Part shown: positions 11,401 to 17,248 of the stretch, in pieces
Layout: each line of letters starts with the position of its first letter
How positions within the stretch are numbered: position 1 is the stretch's first letter
From: Nostoc sp. DedSLP01
Lineage (GTDB): Bacteria > Cyanobacteriota > Cyanobacteriia > Cyanobacteriales > Nostocaceae
Length of the DNA: 17,248 bases
Assembly: GCA_034530875.2 (NCBI GenBank)
Contig: JAVRCJ020000074.1
Span: 1 to 17,248 of the forward strand
Direction of reading: 5' to 3'
The notes under the pieces: model-generated
What the model was told of the DNA's origin: nothing
The model's input: only the letters and a program-made list of their open reading frames with translations
Database searches by the model: none
Translations under genes and position numbers: made by a program

Positions 11401-13428
11401 TATTTGCCAGATGGTAATATCGAATACCTGGGTCGGATCGATAACCAAGTAAAAATCCGGGGTTTCCGCATTGAGTTGGGAGAAATCGAAGCAGCACTAA
11501 GCCAACATCAAGATGTGCAAACATCTGTAGTCATTGTCCGCGAAGACATTCCTGGAAATAAACGCATAGTCGCCTACATAGTACCGCAGCCACAAATAAC
11601 ACCTACAGTAAGCGTTCTGCGTAGCTTCCTCAAAGAAAAGCTCCCAGAATACATGGTACCAAGTGCGATCGTCATCCTAAAATCCCTACCCCTAACCCCT
11701 AACGGCAAAATAGACCGCCGCGCTCTACCAGAACCAGAAGCACGCACAGGAATAGAAAACGAGATAGTGCTACCGCGCACCCCTATTGAAGAAAAATTAG
11801 TTCAAATTTGGCAGCAAGTATTAAGAGTAGAGCAAATAGGCGTACACGATAACTTTTTTGAACTAGGAGGAGATTCTATCCTCAGCATTCAAATCATCAG
11901 CAGAGCGAAAGTTGCTGGAATAGAACTGACAATCAAACAACTATTTGCCAATCAAACTATCGCCCAATTAGCCACAGTTGCAGGTACAACAAAAGCACTC
12001 TCAATTGAACAAGGATTAGTCACAGGAACATTACCCCTAACACCAATTCAACACTGGTTTTTCGATCTGAAATTACCAGAAAAACACCACTTTAATCAAT
12101 CATTCCTCCTCACGGTATCATCAGACCTCAACCTAGAAATATTAGAGCAAGTATGGCAGCAATTACTAAAACATCATGATGCTCTCAGGCTAAGATTCAT
12201 TCAAACAGACACAATATGGCGGCAGATTCATGCTGCCCCAACCGATAATATTACTATCCCCCGTTTTGACTTATCGACAGTTCCAGAAATTGAGATAGAA
12301 ACTGTCATTGAAACCACAGCTAATGAATTACAGGCGAGTTTAAATCTTTCAGAAAATCTCGTGCAAGTAGCATTTTTCTGGCTGGGTATTAACAAAAAAG
12401 CGCGATTACTGATATTAATTCACCACCTGGTAGTAGACGGTGTTTCCTGGCGGATATTGTTAGAAGATTTGCAGACAGTTTACCAGCAACTAAGTCAAGG
12501 CAAAACCATTCAGCTACCTGCAAAAACTACATCTTTCAAAGATTGGGTGCAAAAGATAACAGCTTATGCCCAATCAGAAGTATTGAAATCAGAACTAGAT
12601 TATTGGTTGAGTCCATCTTACGATGCAGTTGACTCTATTCCAGTGGACTATGCACAAGGAATAAACACTACTGCATCGGCTAGGACAGTAACAGTATCAT
12701 TAGATGAAGCCGAAACTCTTTCACTTTTGCAAGATGTTCCGAAAGCTTACAAAACACAAATTAACGATGTCTTGTTAACTGCCTTAGTGCTGGTACTAAG
12801 CGAATGGACTAACTCTGATTCAGTGTTATTCAACTTAGAAGGTCATGGGCGGGAAGAGATTGTAGATGGTGTAGACTTATCACGCACTGTTGGTTGGTTT
12901 ACAACGATTTTTCCAGTGGTTGTGGAACTGGGAATCATCGACGATCTTGGTACTGCGTTAAAATCCGTCAAGGAACAATTACGTATAATTCCTAATAAAG
13001 GCATTGGCTATGGCTTATTGCGTTATCTGAATGTTGATGCAGAAATTAACGCCCAACTAGAGAAAATTCCCGAAGCAGAAATTAGCTTCAATTATTTGGG
13101 ACAATTTGCTCAGGTTGTAAATACATCTTCTCTAATGCAAATAGCTAATGAGTCTAGCGGCAACAGCCAGAGTTCACAAGGTCAACGCCATTATTTACTA
13201 GACATCAATGCCATCGTTATCAACGATAAACTGCAAATAGATTGGACATACAGCAGCAATATCCATCAGCACGAAACGATTGAGAATATTGCTCAAGAAT
13301 TTGTCGAGACTTTGCAAGAGCTAATTGCTCATTGTTTATCAACAGAAAATATAGGTTATACGCCTACAGATTTTCCATTAATTCAACTTGACCAACTAGA
13401 AATAGATCGGATATTACAAAATTTATGA
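2275..13428 (+). CDS. ncpA: Three-module NRPS, 3717 aa, docking-C*-A(Tyr)-T-C-A(Gly)-T-C-A(Gln)-T-E; nostocyclopeptide synthetase A
   Basis: Three A domains (YTSGSTG, YGPTE, YKTGD, NGK), T motifs GGHS, GGHS and GGDS (pre-E type), C motifs HHIVSDG and HHVVSDG, E motifs HHLVVDGVSW, EGHGRE, RTVGWFT, FNYLGQF. Codes DASTVAAVCK, DILQLGLIWK, DAWQFGLIDK match Tyr-Gly-D-Gln of nostocyclopeptides. Confidence 0.93.
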   Translation: MNLTELIENISAKNIELWVDGDKLRYRSPDDSLTPELLREIKQSEPEIIRILSQSSNQAATYPLSHGQKALWFLYQLAPSSTAYNATYAAKLVTNLDIPALKQAAQGLVERHPVLRTTFATIDGEPVQTVHENQQVDFSIEEAFDFGQDDVNKWLSEKSDRPFNLEQGPILRFDLLINHIKTDKLATKEHILLITLHQIIADFCSLEITIGELKALYKAMSTTGYAYATSEAAQLSAQNYQYQDYVKWSEQMLASSAGESLWTYWQQQLSGELPLLDLPTDRPRPQRQTYNGASRFFTVEEKLRQSLTELANRVGASLYIVLLTALQILLRRYTNQEDILIGSPMENRSRSEFENIVGHFANPVVLRGDLSGNPTFEELLERSHSCVLNAQNHQDYPFPLLVEQLQPVRNPSFSPLYQVALVWDRSRQSMDIDSLILESMIPESRGAAFDLTLTILEEPGSLKGTWNYNTDLFDDSAIAQMMGHFVTLLEAIVANPQQRIDQLPLLTQSEEQQLLVEWNNTQVDYAFDKCIHQLFEEQVERTPHAVAVVFENQQLTYHELNTRANQLAHYLRSLGVEADVLVGICVERSLEMVVGLLGILKAGGAYVPLDSEYPKDRLSFMLEDAQVAVLLTQQRLLDRLPEYQAKLICLDEVWSEILQNKQKNPIQVVTSTDLANVIYTSGSTGKPKGVMVEHSGLCNLAQAQIQAFGVHSDSRVLQFASFSFDACISEILMALGAGATLYLGTKDSIMPGMPLIDRLRDDGITHVTLPPSALAVLPTEELPTLQAIVVAGEACPVELMRQWSKGRNFFNAYGPTEASVCVAIAKCTSEDQKISIGRPIANTRIYILDQNLQPVPVGVAGELHIGGAGLARGYLNARELTQEKFIPNPFNNSKLKIKNSKLYKTGDLARYLSDGNIEYLGRIDNQVKIRGFRIELGEIEAALSQHEDVQVSYVIAREDTPGDKRLVAYIVPQPQVTPTISILRSFLKEKLPEYMLPSAIVILESLPLTPNGKIDRRALPEPSNELSEKYVAPRTPIEEILAVIWQQVLRVELVGRHDNFFELGGHSLLGTQFISRARSRLKVEIPLRSLFAAPTIAELAPSIQQLQQQAIELSAPPILRRVGNTEIPLSYAQQRLWFLDQLESNSVLYNLPIGLRLLGTLNVAALEQSLQELIDRHEVLRTNFVTFDEKPTQIIQTQTNWTVAVVDLQHLLLTEQQTAAQKLLEQKAIEPFDLAHDALIRATLIVLSPNEHWLLVCMHHIVSDGWSIGVFVQELQALYNAYSIGQPSPLLPLPIQYADFAIWQRQWLQGEVLQNHLSYWEKQLANAPTFLPLPTDRPRPAVQTFNGSYHVFTLSVELTQRLLELSQQQGCTLFMTLLAAYNTLLYRYTGQEDILVGTPIANRDRTEIEGLIGFFVNTLVMRTDLAGNPSFDELLLRLRETAFGAYAHQDLPFEMLVEALQPERDLSHTPLFQVMFVLLNAPMSEIELTQLSVSGLPIEITTAKFDLTLSMENTPNGLFGWWEYNTDLFDSSTIERMTGHFVTLLEAIMANPSERISQLPMLTATEQQQLLVEWNDTQIDYPQDKCIHQLFEEQVERTPDAIAVVFENQQLTYQELNTRANQLAHYLQSLGVGADALVGICVERSLEMVVGLLGILKAGGTYVPLDPEYPQQRLRFILEDAQVSVLLSQHHLVEKLPECQAQLVSLDTNWQLISQLTQENPVADVQASNLAYVIYTSGSTGQPKGVQISHKSVSNFLSAMQQRPGITKQDTLLAITTISFDIAALEIFLPITVGACLVIASRNATLDGRELFDLLVKSKATIMQATPATWRLLLDSNYQFSNLKILCGGEALPWDLVNQLVDKSASLWNLYGPTEATIWSSVCQLESNESLISIGRPIGNTQIYILDQNLQPVPIGVPGELHIGGAGLARGYLNRPELTQEKFIPNPFEKAGGSKLYKTGDLARYLPDGKIEYLGRIDNQVKIRGFRIELGEIEAALSQHPHVQASCVIAREDVRGDKRLVAYIVPQPQVKLIIRELRSDLKKKLPEYIVPSAIVILESLPLTPNGKIDRRALPAPQASSELLEKYVAPRTPIEEVLALIWQQVLKVELVGRHDNFFELGGHSLLATQLISRVRTSLKVELPLRSLFAAPTIAELAPSIQQLQKQDLELVAPPILPRIGNIKLPLSFAQQRLWFLDQFEPNSASYNIPFGLRLVGTLNVIALEQSLIEIIHRHEALRTNFITVDGQATQIIQIQPNWSVSVVDLKHLPLLVLSEAEVTQQEIAAQKLVRQKAFEPFDLTHDALIRATLIVLSQTEQWLLVCMHHVVSDGWSIGVFVQELQALYNAYSQSQPSPLLPLPIQYTDFAIWQRQWLQGEVLQSQLSYWEQQLAAPTFLPLPTDRPRPAVQTFNGAYLEFALSVELTQKLIKLSQKQGVTLFMTLLAAYNTLLYRYTGQEDILVGTPIANRDRTELEGLIGFFVNTLVMRADLSENPSFNELLPRIREMAISAYAHQDLPFEMLVEALQPERDLSHTPLFQAMFVLNNAPKSEIELTGLSVSSLTIESAIAKFDLTLSMENTSTGLVGGWEYNTDLFDSSTIERMTGHFVTLLESIVANPSDRISQLPILTASEQQQLLVEWNDTSVDYPQDKCIHQLFEEQVERTPDAVAVVFENQQLTYHELNCRANQLAHYLQSLGVGADVLVGICVERSLEMVVGLLGILKAGGAYVPLDPEYPQDRLSFMLADAQVSVLLTQQHLVESLPQHQARVVHLDKDWIAIGKSSQENPIAQVQASNVAYVIYTSGSTGQPKGVMLSHSNLCNHTFWMQATFPLTEKDKVLQKTPFGFDASVWEFYAPLLAGGQLLIAEPRGHTDSAYLLRLIAQQQVTTIQLVPSLLQMLLEQGGIETCHSLKHVFCGGEVLPITLQESLLSKLNVNLHNLYGPTEACIDATFWNCQREIYPQVVPIGRPISNTQIYILDQNLQPVPVGVPGELHIGGAGLAKGYLNRPELTQERFIPNPLIGSRGAGEQGGRGEKRIYKTGDLARYLPDGNIEYLGRIDNQVKIRGFRIELGEIEAALSQHQDVQTSVVIVREDIPGNKRIVAYIVPQPQITPTVSVLRSFLKEKLPEYMVPSAIVILKSLPLTPNGKIDRRALPEPEARTGIENEIVLPRTPIEEKLVQIWQQVLRVEQIGVHDNFFELGGDSILSIQIISRAKVAGIELTIKQLFANQTIAQLATVAGTTKALSIEQGLVTGTLPLTPIQHWFFDLKLPEKHHFNQSFLLTVSSDLNLEILEQVWQQLLKHHDALRLRFIQTDTIWRQIHAAPTDNITIPRFDLSTVPEIEIETVIETTANELQASLNLSENLVQVAFFWLGINKKARLLILIHHLVVDGVSWRILLEDLQTVYQQLSQGKTIQLPAKTTSFKDWVQKITAYAQSEVLKSELDYWLSPSYDAVDSIPVDYAQGINTTASARTVTVSLDEAETLSLLQDVPKAYKTQINDVLLTALVLVLSEWTNSDSVLFNLEGHGREEIVDGVDLSRTVGWFTTIFPVVVELGIIDDLGTALKSVKEQLRIIPNKGIGYGLLRYLNVDAEINAQLEKIPEAEISFNYLGQFAQVVNTSSLMQIANESSGNSQSSQGQRHYLLDINAIVINDKLQIDWTYSSNIHQHETIENIAQEFVETLQELIAHCLSTENIGYTPTDFPLIQLDQLEIDRILQNL
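2929..2957 (+). mobile_element. 21-nt small dispersed repeat (SDR5-like) inserted in a HIP1 site
   Basis: GCGAT[GTCTACGACGGGCTACGCCTA]CGC. Removing 2934-2954 restores GCGATCGC and the reading KAIATSE. Confidence 0.85.
4948..4980 (+). repeat. Heptamer tandem repeat AATT(C/A)AA, about 4.7 copies, in A1 coding sequence
   Basis: AATTCAA AATTAAA AATTAAA AATTCAA AATTA. The equivalent site in the second gene (15978-15989) has only AATTCAA AATTA. Confidence 0.85.
5656..8760 (+). other. Module 2: LCL-type C, A(Gly), T (approximate bounds)
   Basis: PLSYAQQRLWFL, MHHIVSDGWS. A pocket FDIAAL / IMQATP / KILCGG / NLYGPTEATIW gives DILQLGLIWK. T motif GGHSLL. Confidence 0.88.
9082..9105 (+). mobile_element. 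24-nt in-frame insertion, small dispersed repeat (SDR1-like)
   Basis: CTTGTACTGAGCGAAGCCGAAGTA adds LVLSEAEV. Paralogous C domains read DLQHLLLTEQQ (module 2) and DLQHLALTQQE (second gene) without it. Confidence 0.75.
11333..11364 (+). repeat. Octamer tandem repeat GCAGGGG(A/G) x4 in A3 coding sequence
   Basis: GCAGGGGA GCAGGGGA GCAGGGGG GCAGGGGG, within the stretch encoding GSRGAGEQGGRGEK. Confidence 0.92.
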
Positions 13429-16400
13429 AATTAGAACTTAGCAAAACTAATCGACAAAATATTGAAGATATTTATCCCTTATCTCCCATGCAAGAGGGGA
13501 TGCTGTTTGACAGTTTGTATGCTCCAGATTCAGGCGTATATTTTGAGCAGATAACTTGCATTTTGACGGGAAACCTAAATATAAAAACCTTTGAGCAAGC
13601 TTGGCAGCAAGTGGTAGCTCGGCATCCCGTCTTCCGTACAGCTTTCCTGTGGGAGTCTTTAAGCCAGCCAGTTCAAGTGGTATATCGACAAGTAAATGTG
13701 AAGGTCGAAACTTATGACTGGCGGAAGTTATCTGCACAAGAGCAGCAACAGCAATTAGAGACTTTTCTAGATTCTGAGCGACAACAGGGTTTTCAAACAT
13801 CGCAAGCGCCATTAATGCGCCTACATCTAATCCAGTTGGATGGGAATACTTATCAGTTTGTTTGGTGTCATCATCATTTATTACTTGATGGCTGGTCGTC
13901 ACCTTTGGTTTTCCAAGACCTGTTGGAGTTTTATCAAGCTATTTCTCAGGGTAAAAGTTTATCTAACATCGGAACTGTCAGTTACCGCAACTATATTGCT
14001 TGGTTACAGCAACAGGATCGAGATTTAGCTCAAGAATTTTGGCGGCAAAAACTCCAAGGTTTTACTACACCAACTCCTTTGACTGTGGATAAACCATTGT
14101 CAATGCGGGAGCAGCATTCGAGCTACAGTGAACAACAAATTGACTTAACTGTGCCAGCAACAACAGCAGTGATGTCTTTTGTCAGACAGCATCAATTGAC
14201 GATGAGTAATTTGGTGCAGGCGACTTGGGGATTGTTGCTTTCTCGCTACAGCCAAGAAACAGATGTGGTTTTTGGTGCAACGGTGTCTGGTCGTCCGCCT
14301 GAACTTGTTGGTGTAGAGTCGATAGTGGGTTTATTTATCAATACTCTGCCAGTGCGGGTACAAATCTCCGAGCAGACTGAATTGCTGGGTTTATTGAAGG
14401 ATTTACAGGCACAACAGATTGAGTCTGAGCAATTTTCCTATAGCTCGTTAGCAGAGATTCAGGGGCTAAGTGATGTTCCCAAAGGTACATCTTTGTTTGA
14501 GAGTATTGTTGTTTTTGAGAATTATCCAGTTGATACTGCTGTTCTAGAAGGCGATCGCAATTTTTCTCTCTCTAATTTTAGATGGATTGAACAAACAAAT
14601 TATCCTCTGGCGGTTGTAGTTTCCCCTGGTGAGCAATTATCGCTGAGGGTGATGTACGATGCTAGTCGATTTGAAGATGGAACGATTAGCCGGATGCTGG
14701 GTCATTTTGTCACAATGCTTGAGGGGATGTCTGACGACAAGCCGCTTTGCGTCTACGCTACTAATCCTCAGCAACGAATTTCTCAGTTGCCAATGCTAAC
14801 AGAATCTGAGCAGCAACAGCTATTAGTTGAATGGAACGATACCCAATCTAACTATCCCCAGGATAAATCTATTCATCAGTTGTTTGAGGAGCAGGTAGAG
14901 CTTACACCCGATGCTGTAGCAGTGGTGTACGAGAATCAACATCTCACATACCGCGAATTGAACAGCCGTGCTAATCAGTTGGCGCACTACCTGAAGTCTT
15001 TGGGTGTGAAAGCTGATGCGTTAGTAGGGATAGGTGTAGAGCGTTCCTTAGAAATGATTGTGGGACTATTGGGGATTCTCAAGGCGGGTGGTGCTTATGT
15101 GCCACTTAACCCAGAATATCCTCAAGAGCGATTGACCTTCATGCTTGAAGATACTCAGTTATCAGTTGTATTGACTCAAGAAAAACTAGTTAATAAATTA
15201 GGCAACGGCAAAGCTAGTGTCATTTGCTTAGACTCAAACTGGGATATCATCAGTCAACACACACAACAGAACCCAACTACCAGCGTCACAGCTGATAACT
15301 TAGCTTATGTAATGTACACCTCCGGTTCTACAGGTCAACCCAAAGGTGTGAGCATTGTCCATCGAAGTGTAGTTCGACTCGTCAAAGAAACCAACTATAT
15401 CAGCATTTCTCCTCAAGACGTAATTGCCCAAGCCTCAAATCACGCCTTCGATGCTGCTACCTTTGAAATTTGGGGAGCGTTACTCAACGGTGCGCGGTTA
15501 GTAGGGGTGAGCAAAGATTTGGCACTTTCGCCCAAAGATTTCGCAGTCTTTATGCGATCGCAAAGTATTAGTGTGTTATTCTTGACAACTGCGTTGTTCA
15601 ATCAAATTGCTCAAGAAGTCCCCTCTGCTTTCAATTCACTAGGCTATCTTTTATTTGGCGGCGAGGCTGTCGATCCTAAATGGGTAAAAGAAGTATTGAA
15701 CAATGGTGCGCCGCAGCGACTGCTCCATGTTTATGGGCCAACAGAGAATACAACATTTAGTTCTTGGTACTTAGTGCAGGATGTACCAGAAGGCGCGACA
15801 ACTATTCCCATTGGGCAGCCAATTTCCAACACACAAATCTATTTGTTAGATTCCCAACTACAACCAGTGGGTATTGGTGTGCCGGGAGAATTATACATTG
15901 GTGGAGATGGTCTAGCTAGGGAATACCTTAACCGCACCGAGTTAACACAAGAAAAATTCATCCCAAATCCCTTCAACAATTCAAAATTATATAAAACTGG
16001 GGATAAAGCACGTTATTTAAGCGATGGCAATATTGAATACTTAGGACGTATCGACGACCAAGTAAAAATACGTGGTTTACGGATTGAGTTGGGCGAAATT
16101 GAAGCAGTCCTGAGTCAACACAGCGATGTGCAGATATCTTGTGTCATTGTCCGCGAAGATACACCTGGAGATAAACGTTTAGTCGCCTACATCGTAACGC
16201 ATCAGAACTGTCAACCTATGATGGGCGAAATACGTCAATTCCTCAAAGCAAAGCTGCCAGATTACATGATACCTTCGGCAATAGTAATCTTGGAATCTTT
16301 CCCTTTGACTCCCAACCGTAAAGTAGACCGCCGCGCCCTGCCAAAACCAGACTTAGACACCGCACTCCTAGAAAAATATGTCGCCCCGCGTACACCCGTT

Positions 16401-17248
16401 GAGGAAATGCTTGCGCTCCTCTGGGCGCAAGTTTTGAAAGTAGAGCAAGTGGGTATTTACGATAATTTCTTTGAACTTGGGGGACATTCACTTCTAGCAA
16501 CGCAATTGGTTTCACGCATCCGCACTAGCTTCAAAGTAGAACTACCATTACGTGAGTTATTTGCTGCATCAACAATTACGGAATTAACGCCATTGATTCA
16601 GCAGTTACAGCAACAAGACTTAGAACTAGCTGCACCACCCATTTTAAGGCGGGCAGAGAATGCAGAAATAACACTGTCTTATGCTCAACAGCGTTTGTGG
16701 TTTTTAGACCAATTCGAGCCGAACAGTGCTTCATACAACATCCCCTTCGGGTTACGCTTAGTCGGAACTGTTAATGTTGCCGCGCTACAACAAAGCTTAA
16801 TTGAAATTATTCATCGCCACGAAGCATTACGTACTAACTTTGTTACTGTTGATGGACAAGCTACTCAGATCATTCAAACACAACCAAATTGGTCAGTAAC
16901 AGTAGTTGATTTGCAGCATTTAGCTTTAACACAACAAGAAATCGCTGCACAGCAATTAGTCCAACAACAAGCAATTGAGCCTTTTGACTTAGCTCATGAT
17001 GCATTAATCAGAGCAACATTACTGGTTCTGTCTCCAACAGAACAGTGGTTATTAGTGTGTATGCACCACGTTGTCTCTGATGGCTGGTCAATAGGTGTGT
17101 TTGTTGAGGAATTACAAGCACTGTACAATGCTTATTCTCAAGGCCAACTCTCACCACTGTTACCACTGCCAATTCAGTATGCAGATTTCGCCTTATGGCA
17201 AAGACAATGGTTGCAAGGGGAAGTACTGAAGAGCCAATTGAGTTACTG
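13425..17248 (+). CDS. ncpB: Second NRPS, C(DCL)-A(Ile)-T-C..., truncated by window edge; nostocyclopeptide synthetase B
   Basis: Missing from the ORF track. ATG at 13425 overlaps the upstream TGA (ATGA). Reads MKLELSKTNRQNIEDIYPLSPMQEGMLF (DCL-type), WCHHHLLLDGWS, A pocket FDAATF / VLFLTT / YLLFGG / HVYGPTENTTF giving DAFFLGVTFK (Ile), T motif FFELGGHSLL, next C motif MHHVVSDGWS. Motifs checked along the gene all lie in the same frame up to the window end. Confidence 0.92.
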   Translation, partial: MKLELSKTNRQNIEDIYPLSPMQEGMLFDSLYAPDSGVYFEQITCILTGNLNIKTFEQAWQQVVARHPVFRTAFLWESLSQPVQVVYRQVNVKVETYDWRKLSAQEQQQQLETFLDSERQQGFQTSQAPLMRLHLIQLDGNTYQFVWCHHHLLLDGWSSPLVFQDLLEFYQAISQGKSLSNIGTVSYRNYIAWLQQQDRDLAQEFWRQKLQGFTTPTPLTVDKPLSMREQHSSYSEQQIDLTVPATTAVMSFVRQHQLTMSNLVQATWGLLLSRYSQETDVVFGATVSGRPPELVGVESIVGLFINTLPVRVQISEQTELLGLLKDLQAQQIESEQFSYSSLAEIQGLSDVPKGTSLFESIVVFENYPVDTAVLEGDRNFSLSNFRWIEQTNYPLAVVVSPGEQLSLRVMYDASRFEDGTISRMLGHFVTMLEGMSDDKPLCVYATNPQQRISQLPMLTESEQQQLLVEWNDTQSNYPQDKSIHQLFEEQVELTPDAVAVVYENQHLTYRELNSRANQLAHYLKSLGVKADALVGIGVERSLEMIVGLLGILKAGGAYVPLNPEYPQERLTFMLEDTQLSVVLTQEKLVNKLGNGKASVICLDSNWDIISQHTQQNPTTSVTADNLAYVMYTSGSTGQPKGVSIVHRSVVRLVKETNYISISPQDVIAQASNHAFDAATFEIWGALLNGARLVGVSKDLALSPKDFAVFMRSQSISVLFLTTALFNQIAQEVPSAFNSLGYLLFGGEAVDPKWVKEVLNNGAPQRLLHVYGPTENTTFSSWYLVQDVPEGATTIPIGQPISNTQIYLLDSQLQPVGIGVPGELYIGGDGLAREYLNRTELTQEKFIPNPFNNSKLYKTGDKARYLSDGNIEYLGRIDDQVKIRGLRIELGEIEAVLSQHSDVQISCVIVREDTPGDKRLVAYIVTHQNCQPMMGEIRQFLKAKLPDYMIPSAIVILESFPLTPNRKVDRRALPKPDLDTALLEKYVAPRTPVEEMLALLWAQVLKVEQVGIYDNFFELGGHSLLATQLVSRIRTSFKVELPLRELFAASTITELTPLIQQLQQQDLELAAPPILRRAENAEITLSYAQQRLWFLDQFEPNSASYNIPFGLRLVGTVNVAALQQSLIEIIHRHEALRTNFVTVDGQATQIIQTQPNWSVTVVDLQHLALTQQEIAAQQLVQQQAIEPFDLAHDALIRATLLVLSPTEQWLLVCMHHVVSDGWSIGVFVEELQALYNAYSQGQLSPLLPLPIQYADFALWQRQWLQGEVLKSQLSY
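14724..14758 (+). mobile_element. 27-nt SDR5-related element inserted in a HIP1-like site
   Basis: GGGAT[GTCTGACGACAAGCCGCTTTGCGTCTA]CGC. Protein reads MLEGMSDDKPLCVYATNP where paralogous modules read LLEAIVANP. Confidence 0.8.

Larger units (their letters stand above)
8821..13345 (+). other. Module 3: LCL-type C, A(Gln), T, epimerization domain (approximate bounds)
   Basis: MHHVVSDGWS. A pocket FDASVW / TIQLVP / HVFCGG / NLYGPTEACID gives DAWQFGLIDK. T motif GGDSIL. E-domain motifs intact. Confidence 0.88.
140..15561. repeat. Dispersed HIP1 octamers GCGATCGC (about 12 copies)
   Basis: Seen starting at 140, 1319, 2750, 3417, 3703, 4741, 6482, 9671, 9964, 10121, 14551 and 15554. HIP1 enrichment is a cyanobacterial hallmark. 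Confidence 0.9.

Noticed and set aside
2673..11780. Many short minus-strand ORFs in the ORF track
   Set aside because: Antisense shadows of the NRPS; they recur at paralogous module positions and show no independent protein features.
2275..13428. Alternative assignment to anabaenopeptin, cyanopeptolin, microcystin or nostopeptolide synthetases
   Set aside because: The Tyr-Gly-Gln(E)-Ile order and domain layout do not fit those pathways, and no PKS, methyltransferase or Lys module is present in the window.
13447..16515. ORFs 13447-13902 (-), 13840-14028 (+) and 16243-16515 (-)
   Set aside because: They overlap the long NRPS frame starting at 13425, which has all expected domain motifs.

Overview
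Cyanobacterial (Nostoc-type) DNA, with about 12 HIP1 GCGATCGC octamers, carrying the left part of a nonribosomal peptide synthetase cluster. A minus-strand ABCD/McyH-NosG-type ABC half-transporter (start 1404, runs off the left edge) is divergent from two overlapping NRPS genes. The first is complete, 3717 aa (docking-C*-A-T-C-A-T-C-A-T-E). The second (C-A-T-C...) runs off the right edge. Specificity codes read by eye against GrsA numbering are DASTVAAVCK (Tyr), DILQLGLIWK (Gly), DAWQFGLIDK (Gln, followed by an E domain, so D-Gln) and DAFFLGVTFK (Ile). Tyr-Gly-D-Gln-Ile plus the divergent transporter matches the known nostocyclopeptide cluster (ncpC / ncpA / ncpB), so the core system is most likely not new. 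The less expected features are: (1) an orphan TubC-type docking domain and a catalytically degenerate first C domain; (2) three very small (21, 24, 27 nt) in-frame inserted elements in C-domain coding regions, two of them splitting HIP1 or HIP1-like sites; (3) one A-domain loop colonised by different short tandem repeats in different modules; (4) a 9/12-nt tandem repeat in the divergent intergenic region; (5) two substitutions of conserved glycines in the Ile A domain.
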